From the NCBI GenBank assembly GCA_000091205.1, contig AP006497.2: a stretch of DNA of 64,000 nt, one strand, 5' to 3'. The stretch's first letter is position 1. Each line of letters opens with the position of its first letter. The notes under the pieces were generated by a model. It did no database searches. It saw only the letters and a list, made by a program, of their open reading frames with translations, and was not told the DNA's origin. This DNA is from Cyanidioschyzon merolae. Its lineage: Eukaryota. The position numbers were made by a program, and so were the translations under genes. Positions 11,827-22,482 of the stretch are shown here, one piece after another.

Positions 11827-13128
11827 GTTAGTGGCTCAGCAGCGGCCTGCTATCGAAGACACCGACGAAGAACGAAAACGGGGAAGCAGCGCCGACTGCC
11901 AGCATATCTGCACGGCGACCAGAACGGTTCTCAGAGACCGGTTCGATATTGACCGGGCGCGCACACTCATACGCTTCCTCGCCTAATACCTTCAGGGGTT
12001 TATCTAAACATCACTGGTACAGTTGATCATACGACCAGGAGTGTGCGCTCGCCCGAGTCCAGGAACCTGAAAGCGGGACGGGAACAGAACGTCGCCTCGT
12101 GGACAGCGTGGCGCTCTCTGGTGGTGCACTGGACCCAAGCACGCTTGGGTGTTCTTGTGAATAGTTTCAACCGGGGAAGTAGTAACTATTCTGGAATAAG
12201 AATGGAAACCCGTTGGAAAAGCGTCTTGTACACGTTCACGACACCAGTGGGTAGCGAGAGGACCTTCCCGGAACTTCCTCGCAGCTACCTAGCAGGTAGG
12301 TCGTCTGCGGGCACCTGTTTAGAAGAACCAGCGCAGCGAAGCCTGCTGAACGCAAAGTTCGCAAACTTGACGAGTTCTACGCGATGAATTTACAGTGTGT
12401 TTGCAAGGCGGCACGTAAGCGCAACGTTCGAGCACTTGATGGCGAACGGGGGTCGCTTTGCCGCTGCACCGACGATAAGACACCGTTTGAGCTGGTGTCA
12501 ATAACGACGACGGAGAAAAGCGCGTATATTCAAGGACGATTCTGCGAGGCGTGCACGTCGTCATGCATCCAATAGAAACAAGAGTTTATAGAGTGGAAAA
12601 AATGCTCGTTTTCTTGGTCCCTTGGACCCACGAACAGAAGCGCGTCGGTGGCTTTGGTAAACAATGTGCACGACATCGTCGTTCCCTGAACAGAATGCTT
12701 CGAAGCGTGCTTGCGTCATCACACAACGACTCTAGTCACGCCAACGAAGATGTCTGGAATCATCCTGCTCCTGTTTCTATGACGAGTGTTCCATTTCGAT
12801 GCTACGCTGAGCAAACAGACACACAGACGCTTGCACCCAAGCATTCGTCTACTATGGTGCGCGGATCCTAGGGTCTCTGCTGCACCAGCGTAGCAGCTAA
12901 GCGTTTCGTGAATCGAGCCGAAAGCTGCCCGCACCTAGCACACAGGCCAATGCGGAGATGCAGCCAGGCTCCTGGGGACAGCACCACGGGTCCAAGGCAC
13001 GCGACGACACCGCAGCGTGTTCCAGCGACCGAGAAGCTGCAGCAGTAGCGGGCATGGAGGTCAATGTGCTGCCATCCAGAAGCCAAGGTCTTTACACAGA
13101 CAGCCCTGCTGTAGTATCGAGGGCGCAC

Positions 13129-15726
13129 TCAAAATGGAGATTCTGCACCCGATAGGGACGAGACGGCGTACATGCCTTCCAAGTCGGAGGCGCTCCACGC
13201 ATCCATGTTGGCTTCGTCGTCCTCCGCCGAGAGACGCAGATATTCGAGTGCTGCGAAGCGATCCCAGTCCGTTAGGTCGGGGACTGCCCGCTCCTGTCTC
13301 AAGAGTGATGGATCTCGACTTTCGATCGCGATGAACTTGTTCAAGTTGAACAGGATATTGAAGAAATGGCTCTGCATGCGACTGGATCGTAAAGCTGAAC
13401 GCGTGATCACCGGTGGATCAAGATCCTTGCTGATCATGTCCAGCAACTGACAGAGAATATCCTCAAATGCAACTGGTTCGTGCCCCAGACACTCCATTCG
13501 ATGCAGTTGTTCTGAATAGAGCCAATCAACATCGTACAGGGTGATCTTTCCATCGCCGTCCGCATCAATGCAGCGAAACCAATAATCCAAGGCCGTCTCT
13601 GAATTCTTGTCTTCCTCGCTGAGGATAAACCAGATGAAATCCGTATAGCTCATGTAGCCTGGGCGTGCGCAGTCGAGAGGCCTTCCTCGTCCACTAAAGA
13701 TACAGTCAATGATCCGGTAGGTCAGGGCGTGCCCGTTGTAGCGCAGCAGATCCTCGCGGTCGATCATGAGATCATGATCTGTGTCCAATTCCCAGAATCG
13801 ACAGTAAATCACGTAGAAATGCTCGTAGCTGAAACAACTACGCTCCTGGTTGATGTCCTCTTGTTCGTCGACGCTTCGAAAAATGTCCAAGAGACGATGT
13901 CGGCGGATATCCGACAGATACGCCTGCCCATTCGGCCGGTTCAGATAGTAGAATATCCGTTCGATGACTGTCTCAGCGTAGCGATGCTGGAACTCTGGGG
14001 TGGACTGCAGAAACTGTAAGCCGGGATGCGTCGCCAGCAGCGCATCAATGAAGGGTCGAAAGTCGGAACCAACAAGGTATCGGCGCTCATGTGCTTGTCG
14101 GTCGGCTCGATCCCGTTGCCCGTCGAGATTCCGCCGATTCGATGTCCATGAAGCTGCTGCAGACCTGGGCGAGATGCTGCTTCTTGGTGAGGATACGCTG
14201 TGAGCGTCGCTCTCCGTACGCTCCTCGTTCGGAACCGATGCGTGATAGTCACGGGAGCGTTGGAGTGCGTGGAAGAGGCGAGCGTGTCGATCGTAGCCGG
14301 CACAGTCCTCAACATACCATTGCAAGAATATGGACTGATGGATACGCTCACCCGTTGCCCCCGGGATGCTGATCTCCTTTGCGCCCTTCTTGTTCGTACC
14401 TTCTACCTCCGAAGCTACGTTGGACGTTTCGAAGTGCTGTTGGCGTTGGAGCAAGCGCTCGAAAATGACCAGCGAGACAAAGCTCGGCAACCCGACAATG
14501 TCCATAATGAGTTCAACGACCTCGCGCTGGCTCAGTGCTCCGTCTTGGCAATCAAAAGCGGCCTGTATGGCCTGTTGTTCTTCTGCAGCCCGGATGACGT
14601 GTTCGTGCGCGCGCCCATCTGGATAGTAGAAGCGCGGGATCGTCTCCGCCTTTGCGAATGCGCACTCTGATGGTACAAAGAGCGCATTCACCGCTGAACG
14701 CTTGTTCAGACCTCCTGAATGGAGCGCATTTCGCTGGTGTGCTGTCTCCTCACATGCAGGTAATGGTGGCGAGAACGATGCTCCATTCTCAGTCGAAGAG
14801 CCATCGTGGCCTACTCCCGAGTCCATATATGATGCGATCTCATGGCAACGCTCCTCGGTATCGGATTGACCATGTGCCATCGCCGCATCGCTATCCTCAA
14901 CTTCGGACCAGATCCTAAAAACCTCATACTTTCTGATGAAATGTGATACTGGCGACTGTGGGCTCGACGTCAAAGAAGCTTCCTCTGTGGAGCTACTCCG
15001 TGAACGGCCTTGCCTTGCAACGCGTGCTTCGCCACCAGCGGGCGAGCCCGGAGTTTGGCTCAAGATGCGATAGAAGGCGCTGCGCGCCGCTCCGGCCGGG
15101 GAGTTTGGCGTAATGGTATCGGCATTCGTCGGACGCTTTGCGGTTGCCCCGTGCGATGCAGCATTACACGAAGCTGTCGGGCTCGAAAGTCGTTCCTGGC
15201 GGAGCATGGTAGGCTTCGGTGAACCAGCAGTCACAAGATCTTCGTCGGTCACCCTTCCCGTGACGTCCAGTTTCCCCAGGACCTGCTCCAACCAAGCGAG
15301 CGTTTCCGGGAGAAACAACCAACGCATAAAGAGGTACTCTAAGTGCCGTTTCGGCTCTAGCGCAATATCCGTGGCCGATAGCGTCACCAGCAGTTTTGGT
15401 GCGTCCATGGTGCCGGAAATCGCGTGCACACCGGACTCGTCGCCCCCGGTAACAAACACAGCTGTAACCTCTATACCAGACTCTATGGTCTGCTCAGAGG
15501 ACATTATTGAAGCGTTCCTACGTAGATCACTCGAGCTGCTGCAGCTCAGCGGAGTCAGGCCGGGGAGATGTGTGCCAAGCCTCACCCGCTTGCGTCTCAA
15601 GACACGAGGCGAGACTGGAACGCACCTTTCAACTTTACAACCATCGCCAGAAGCCGTTCGAAAGTCGAACGACGTCGGGCGTGTACAGTAGTGGCGGCGA
15701 ACGCGCCCTAGACAAATCGTCTCCAA
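13129..15726 (-). CDS. Protein phosphatase 2A regulatory subunit B'' (PR72/PR130-like, EF-hand)
   Basis: ORF of 865 aa. The C-terminal half matches the B'' family: DIFRSVDEQED, FSYEHFYVIYCRFWELDTDHDLMIDREDLLRYNGHALTYRIIDCIFSG, YWFRCIDADGDGKITLYDVDWLYSEQLHRMECLGHEPVAFEDILCQLLDMI. The true start is possibly the internal MSSEQTIESG (~15507), because the first 12 codons overlap the outer end of the inverted repeat. Confidence 0.85.
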   Translation of the reverse strand: METICLGRVRRHYCTRPTSFDFRTASGDGCKVERCVPVSPRVLRRKRVRLGTHLPGLTPLSCSSSSDLRRNASIMSSEQTIESGIEVTAVFVTGGDESGVHAISGTMDAPKLLVTLSATDIALEPKRHLEYLFMRWLFLPETLAWLEQVLGKLDVTGRVTDEDLVTAGSPKPTMLRQERLSSPTASCNAASHGATAKRPTNADTITPNSPAGAARSAFYRILSQTPGSPAGGEARVARQGRSRSSSTEEASLTSSPQSPVSHFIRKYEVFRIWSEVEDSDAAMAHGQSDTEERCHEIASYMDSGVGHDGSSTENGASFSPPLPACEETAHQRNALHSGGLNKRSAVNALFVPSECAFAKAETIPRFYYPDGRAHEHVIRAAEEQQAIQAAFDCQDGALSQREVVELIMDIVGLPSFVSLVIFERLLQRQQHFETSNVASEVEGTNKKGAKEISIPGATGERIHQSIFLQWYVEDCAGYDRHARLFHALQRSRDYHASVPNEERTESDAHSVSSPRSSISPRSAAASWTSNRRNLDGQRDRADRQAHERRYLVGSDFRPFIDALLATHPGLQFLQSTPEFQHRYAETVIERIFYYLNRPNGQAYLSDIRRHRLLDIFRSVDEQEDINQERSCFSYEHFYVIYCRFWELDTDHDLMIDREDLLRYNGHALTYRIIDCIFSGRGRPLDCARPGYMSYTDFIWFILSEEDKNSETALDYWFRCIDADGDGKITLYDVDWLYSEQLHRMECLGHEPVAFEDILCQLLDMISKDLDPPVITRSALRSSRMQSHFFNILFNLNKFIAIESRDPSLLRQERAVPDLTDWDRFAALEYLRLSAEDDEANMDAWSASDLEGMYAVSSLSGAESPF

Positions 15727-18195
15727 TTGCTGTGTAGACGCCTTCCCGTCTTTTTGGAGCGGCCGCCAACTACTGCTTCCAACTTTTTCTCATATAGTTC
15801 GACCTTGAGAGGTTGTCCAACAAAGTTCACTCTTGTCAACGCTGGAGGTCTCGTCTCCAGCGCCGCACATCTCCTTATATTGATGGCGGCGTTAAAGTCT
15901 CGGTTCACAAACTCCATACGTTTCGTGCCATCACTGGTTGTACTTACTGATGCAAGCAATCCTCGAACTTTCGCTCTCCTTTCCATTTGCCCTTCCGGCA
16001 GCGCTCCGTACTTTTTCGTATCCTTAGGGCTCCGCTGGCACTTTTCCATCTCCACCCTCTGGAGTGTACACCCCAGTTCATGGTGTGTATACGATGTTCG
16101 AAACTCATCTACAGGTATTGTTTCAAAACGCCGTGCGCGCTCCCTCTACGTTCTCGTCGTTGGAGCTGGCGTCGTCCTTTTTGGGTCTTCCATCGGCCTG
16201 CTCCGTACGCTACTATGAGCCTCTGACTTTTATCCTCCTTCAAGTCACTCAACTGATTGAGAAAGTTCGCGAACGCACGCTGCATCCCACCGTAGAGATT
16301 CATTCGCAAACGAGCCCACCGGGGCTTGGTATACTCCTCCCACAGCGCATCCCAATGGGCAACACGAACTTCCATGAATTTCCGAAAAGCATCAAGGTCC
16401 GCTCCTCGGCTCGTCACCTCGCTCATAGCTTCCAGGTGATCCTTCATTCCTGAATTCCATGTAACGATTTTCTTCCTCGCATTCACTATACCGGATTCTC
16501 GATAGTATCTCGCTCTCGAGAACCTCAACAGACGCATGTCTTTCTGACGAAAGTTGCCGTCAGCACCATCTTCCGCACGCTTGGGAGCAGCGATGGTGAT
16601 GATATTCGTGTTTCCGGGGTCCGCGCCAAGGACAAAGTCGTTATCCTGCACTTTCTGCATCGCAGGATCCGCCTCCTACTTTTCTTCATGCTTTGCCGCG
16701 TCAGCGACAAAGTCGTTATCCTGTACCTCCAGCGTCTCAGGATCCGCCTCCTTCCCATCTTCATCCTTCGTCACGTCAACGTTAAAGTCGTTATCCTGCA
16801 CTTTCTGCATCGTAGGACCCGCCTTCTTCTCATCTTCATGCTTCGTCACGTCAACGACAAGGTCGTTATGCTCCACCTCCTGCGTCGCAGGACCCGCCTC
16901 CTTCTTTGCTTCATCCTTCGTCACGGGCGCAGCCGAGGGCGGAACTGGCCGATCTTTCCTCAATGCCGATAGTGTACACAGATGGCTACTCCATCGGTTT
17001 CGATCAACCCAGTGAGTACCTTTTGTTTGCTGACTTTGAGAAGTTTGAAATTGAAGATATTCTTCCGGTACGCCTCCTGGTTTTCACCGGAGAACTCCTC
17101 CCTGCGAACATTGAACTCCAGACTGATCTCCTTCATAATGCCGTGAAGGATTCTGGAGTGGATGGACACAAAATCTGACCTTATGTTGCACATTGGAACC
17201 ACGTTGAAGCGCTTCCCCATTAGGAACGCCTTCCGTCTCTCCCGCTCTTCATTTCTTTCCTCACTCAGCTTCATCTCCGCTTTGCGTTCGAGCTCTCGGT
17301 CCAGAAACACGAAATATCGCAGGATGAGGCGATAATATCTTTCCTTATCTTTTTTCAACGCTGATATCTTTTCTGCTGGATTCGCCAGCCCCAAGACTGC
17401 ACAGTGCTCTTGTATAGCCGTACGGATTACAGAATCCTCATTCGTGCTCTCGTTTGACGCCTTCTTGTCAACGAATTCGATCTCATCTTCATGCTAGCGA
17501 TCTTTCGTGATGGCATCGATAATCGCCCATATTCCATTGCGAGATAGGCCCGGGTAGCGTGCAAACACGGCGCGTATCATGAAACGTTCGAGGTTCATAG
17601 TCAAATGCTTCTTCAGGTTCGTGAGCTACTTCATCGCCCCATAGTCGTAAATATTCGAGTCACCCTTGTATCGAGTACCATTGAATCTGTAAAAGGGATG
17701 TTTTTCGTGGAGGGTATGCACTAGCACATTTTCCTTCCGCGCTTTCTCTTTACGAAGCATCAGGTGTTGAATAAACGTCTTATCGATGGACTCGTCCGGA
17801 ATCTCGACCGTTTCGATCTGCGTCACGTCGCGATACATCTCTCTCGCCAAATGCATCAGTCCTGACGAAGCCTTGACAAGACTCTTGGAGTACGAGTCGA
17901 CACGGTTTTCGATTGCGTCTCGCAACTTTTCCCTGTACGGATCCTTGATATGTCCAAGAAGAATGGTTGTCGCCACCTTCTCGACGTACAGCCGTCTTTC
18001 TTGCCGCCTTCGACGTAGGGCCTCTCCCTTTAGGTCCTTCTTCGCTTCCTTGTCTTCTGGACTCGGCACAGTTTTCGTTTTTTTCTGGTAGTCGGCGACA
18101 CTGAGCCTCCAGGATCGTCGGCTTGCTGTTTCATAGCTTTTTTGTTTCTTTGAAAAACAACGCTCTTTGAAGGCTTCTGTTACATACAGCGACAA
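15708..18195 (-). CDS. TnpB/Fanzor-like RuvC-fold nuclease, copy 1. It has the same 4-segment structure (17626-18195, 16960-17394, 16109-16963, 15708-16055), plus 3 extra in-frame 25-aa repeat units before RuvC-I
   Basis: The ADPGNTNII motif has its Asp at ~16619-16621. The [10 protein letters not shown] motif has its Asp at 15897-15899. Segment translations are ~98% identical to copy 2. The same TAG codons and frameshift positions are present. Confidence 0.65.
16625..16925 (-). repeat. 4 tandem units of 75 bp, in frame, encoding 25-aa repeats ([25 protein letters not shown] and variants) just upstream of the RuvC-I motif of nuclease copy 1; copy 2 has a single unit (23871-23945)
   Basis: Minus-strand ORF 16676..16963 shows [25 protein letters not shown] / [25 protein letters not shown] / [25 protein letters not shown] / AAKHEEK...[18 protein letters not shown]. 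Confidence 0.85.
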
Positions 18196-18399
18196 AACGC
18201 TTGACTAGACTTGTTTGAGGTTTGAACCACAAATGAATTAGAAAACTACACTTTGCTACGACCTGAACGGATATCCAATGTTTTACAGCTGAACAACACG
18301 TTACTGATGCCCACGACAGGGACCTTTACCACAATGAACGGAGGGGCGGAGGCAGTAGCAGCAGAAAATATTGACGATAATTCTGAGTAGTTATCCGCT

Positions 18400-21300
18400 G
18401 CTCCCGAAACAACGCTGCAGCTTCGGGCGCAAAATCTGGGTCCATCCTCGAGCTCGGGCTCAGTTTTACCTCCTTCTTCGGTTTCTACCTCAACTCTGGA
18501 AACAATCTCGGCGGATATTTTGGAAGACGGCTGGCGGTATGTTCGCGTTCGAAGCTGGAACGAACGACTTGCCCGCCTATGTGTTTGGGGAGCGGATACA
18601 AAGCCGCTGAAAGGTTGGTTCGTAGAGTATCCCCAGTGGTTGAGGGGAGCTTCATGTGTCCGGCAAGATAAAGGTCGCATTCGAGTCGACCTTGACTAAT
18701 GTACATCTGATTCTACGCTAGTGCGGCGCCAAGCACTCAATGAACGACTGGAATGCGGGAGGCGCTGGTGGCATGTACGCTCACACACCCCGTGGAGGGT
18801 GCATCTAAATTGACGACGTATCTCTGGAGTACCGCAGCGCTATTCCTATTCCGTTACGCGCTACAAATCGGTAGGTATTGCATCATGGAATATTTGTGGT
18901 GTAGCCTCGAAACTAGAATAAGAGATATCGAATTACTAGTAGAGTAAAGAGGATCAGATACAACTGAAGGACTCTACAAAAGGAAAAGCGATCCAACGAG
19001 ATACGGAGAAGGAGACACAGGAACCTCATGATCCACCTAGATGCAAAATAACCAGAGAAAGCAGCTCAGGAAAGAGCCCGAAGAAGAAGAAGACCAACAA
19101 GAAAAGACAGAAGAATAGAGAGAAGAACTCCCAAGCGAGCCCATCATGAGTGATCCCCCGAAAGAGCACCCCAGCAGGAACTCAAGAAAGCCGTCGCCAA
19201 ACCGAGTCACCTACTCACAGCGCTGAAGATCCGAAAAGCCGTGCGTACAAATCTTTAGACCAATTGGCACGCGAGTTTGTAGATGGGAATCAGAAGACTG
19301 CCAGAGAACTGGGACGGCTGGCACCAGAACGCAACAGTTGGAAACCGCAGTACCTGAAACGACGTATCAAAACTCGGATTGATGAATGCCACCGACTCAA
19401 TAAGATCCTCAACCGCACCGCCATACGCGCCAACGCCGGAGACAAGGAAGCGAAGGCAGCGCTACCGGCGCTACAGGCGCAACATGAGGAAGCTATCAAA
19501 AGAAAGAAGAAACTTTCCAGAGAAGACAAACGAGAGGATCGAAACCGCAAAATCGCCTCTCTGATGGAATCTACGCTAGAGAGCACCAACGAAGATGAGA
19601 CCTGGCGCTATATTCGATCGAGACTCGACCCACCGAAAAGTGCTTGGGGCTCACACCAACTGTTAAAAAGAAGAGCTGAGGACGGAGAGTGCCTCAGTGA
19701 ATGAGGCCTGGATAGACCACGGGAGAGAGCTGCATGAAGACGCAACTGGGAACTGCCAAGACCGAATCTATTGGCATCAGTATGCTGCAGAACTACCGCG
19801 CCTCAACCCGGTACCGGAATGGAACGACCCAATCTTCTGGCCTGAATCTGTTCGGACCCTGCTATGCTCAAGCAACCGCAAAACACCTGGCATCGACGGT
19901 ATCGCGACGGAGTGGATGAAACTGGCGACCCCAAAAGACGGGACAACAGGGACACCATCGATACCAGATGAACCTGACACAATCTTAGGCAAACGCCCTC
20001 TGGAGCTCATCCAACGCATGTTTGAAGAAGCATACATCCCTGATGTATGTAGGAGTGTTGAGGTCGTATCGATCCTCAAAAAGGACTCCCACATACACAG
20101 ACATGAACAACTACCGGACTATTCGCCTCATCCCGTCAATCATGAAGCTACTTTGCGCCATGCTCACGAACCGGATCCAGAGGGGCCTCGAGGAGCGCAA
20201 GTTCTTCGCTTCAGAACAGGCTGGATTCCGGAGTCGCGAGGAGTGCATGAGCCATGTCCTGACCCTCATCGGAGTGGCGCAACGTCGCTCCATTAGCGAC
20301 CAACAACCAGCTTACGTATGCTTCATCGACTTTCAAAAGGCCTTTGACACGGTCCCGCACGAGGCTCCATTTCTCAAGATGGAACGCGCCGGAGTCTCCG
20401 AAAAGTGCTTGGCGTTCTTCAGTGCGCTCTATGCAGACTCGTGGATGCGCATCCGACTGGGCGACAGCTCAAGAACCCCTTCCAGAAGAATCCGCCGTGG
20501 ACTGCGACAGGGCGACCGCGCATCCCCGCTCCTTTTCAACATCTTCATCAACGATCTGCTGAACAACGGCAGACAATTCGTGGCTGAGGCGCCGTGGATA
20601 GACTGTGGAGATGTCCGGTGAGGAGCCCTCAGATAGGAACCGCCTCGCAGGCCTTCTATTCGCGGACGATGTCGTGCTGTTGGCACCCACCCCGGAAACG
20701 CTTGCGGCTAGCATGGAACAAGTCAGCGCCTGGACCGATCGCTGGGAGATGAGCATAGGAGCATCGAAGTGCGGCGTCATGGTCATCCATGGAGACTCGC
20801 AGAGCATTCGCAATCGCTCGTGGCGGTTGCAGAATCAGGAAATTCCGGTCGTGGAAAAATATCGCTACCTGGGGGTCGGTCTCATGCTGACGCTCGACGA
20901 AAAGGCACACATCGACGAGATGATCGCCAAGATGCATAGAGGTACAGCGATCGCACGCCCATTCCTATCCGATCCCTCTATCTGCATAGCAATCCGTACG
21001 AGGGCACTAAGGATGTGTATCATCCAGCCTGCGACCTGGGGTGCTGAATTGTGCGGCATAAAGCACAAAAATGCCTCGCGTCTGCAGACAGCCGCCAACA
21101 GGGCAATGCGACTCGTTCGTGTTGGATGCTCAGTGCAGAGCAGAGCAACCAACCCGTTGACACTCGGACCTGAACTCCAAACACCATCGACAGAGGCGAT
21201 AGCAGCAGGCTTCCAGGCACGTGTGTGGGCCAAAGGGCCCATCATGCGCACCTGGTTCAGTCGGAGTTTCATGCAGACCCCAACGCACTCCAAGAAATCT

Positions 21301-22400
21301 TGGATGGAATCGACGCAGATTTGGTTGGAGCGCCACTTAGGCGAAAACACGCTCCCCAATCATTCCCCAGGAATATAGAAGGCTCCCGCCGCCTCTAGCG
21401 AACGGTCCGAACAACCATATGGGAATTTAGACAAGGTACCAGTCGCGCAAGTAACGCCGGCTTGACCCTATCCGGAACTACACCCTAGCATACACATGCA
21501 AGTACTGGTAGGGGGTGCTGGAATTCCCGGGACTTGCTCGAGGTACCCAGTGGCTCGCCAAAATCCGCGTTGGTGGCTTCCGGCTGGCAGCACCGGCTCT
21601 AAGCCGGAAAGGAGCACTGGAATCGCACTGGGAATCACACTGTCCCTGCTGTGGAGACGAGAGCCCCCGAGAAGCTGACGCATTTACTGTTACAGTGCCC
21701 GCGCTAGAATCAGGAGCGCAGCGAGCTCCTTGAAGGACAGCAGCAGCTGGGCATCAGCGTGATAGTGGAAGGCCGGACACTCATTCTGAGTGTAGCACTG
21801 GCAACTGATGGTCCGCTAACCGAGCCGCAGCGCTCGTTAGTGGCGAACAAACTCACATTCTACCTTCTAAGCGGCAGGTCCAACGAATCGGATGAGCACA
21901 CGGGTTTAGTGCTCTTTGTGCCTGCCTACTGGCGGGTGTCAAGCACAAACCCGCATTGCCGACCGACAACACATTCAATGCATGATCACGAAGGAGAGAG
22001 GCGGCTCCCAGGATTCATCCTAACAGCCAAGTTTCTCCAGCGTGTCGTGCAGCGAAGGTAAGACTGCATTTGCAGACTCGCTGAGCATATATCGACGAAG
22101 AGACCCGATTCTACGTCGGGTGAACCACGCCTCGAGCCGACGCCCTCTGTGGTATAGCAACGCCGTTCTGTCTCTATGAGCTATCTGCTCCAGCATTTAA
22201 GGTGCAAAGGCGAATACGGAGCGGCAGCTACTAGGCACACACGATAGGACGTATGAAACGACCAGAATATCTGAGATGAAGCATAGGTAATCTAACTTGG
22301 AGGCAGGTGCTTCATCATGGACGCTTTCCCGAAAGCCATTATCCATTCCAAATTCTGGGATCCATGGTCAATGGAAACGTCTTGTCAATAACAAAAAAAC
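18400..22400 (+). mobile_element. Degenerate, probably 5'-truncated non-LTR retrotransposon (LINE, L1/CR1-like RT) occupying the centre of the palindrome
   Basis: RT motifs lie in three different frames: KTPGIDGIATEWMK (19697..20296), YRTIRLIPSIMKLL...QAGFRSREE...FIDFQKAFDTVPHE...GLRQGDRASPLLFNIFINDL (20022..20621), LLFADDVVLLA (20605..21378). A C-terminal Cys/His motif HCPCCGDES...H is at ~21640-21700. An A-rich tail-like stretch aataacaaaaaaacaaa is at ~22385-22400. No endonuclease domain is recognisable upstream. Confidence 0.8.
19697..21378 (+). pseudogene. LINE reverse transcriptase ORF2 remnant with at least two frameshifts
   Basis: RT domains 0-7 are spread over ORFs 19697..20296, 20022..20621 and 20605..21378 in different frames. 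Confidence 0.8.
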
Positions 22401-22482
22401 AAATTGCGCTCGGTGGGCGCACCTCGGAGATCGGGAAGTCAACTGACACGACGCGCATGCCGCCGTAGAAGGGTAACGCGAT

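Larger units (their letters stand above)
15690..18310. repeat. Left arm of the large inverted repeat (contains nuclease copy 1 on the minus strand); ~225 bp longer than the right arm because of a 75-bp tandem expansion
   Basis: Reverse-complement match to 22483-24880, read directly. Confidence 0.9.

Noticed and set aside
16554-17015. Plus-strand Ser/Cys-rich ORFs (16554..17015, 16688..16972; mirror 23780..24016)
   Set aside because: They are antisense readings of the 75-bp coding repeats of the nuclease gene. Their repetitive composition comes from the tandem repeat.
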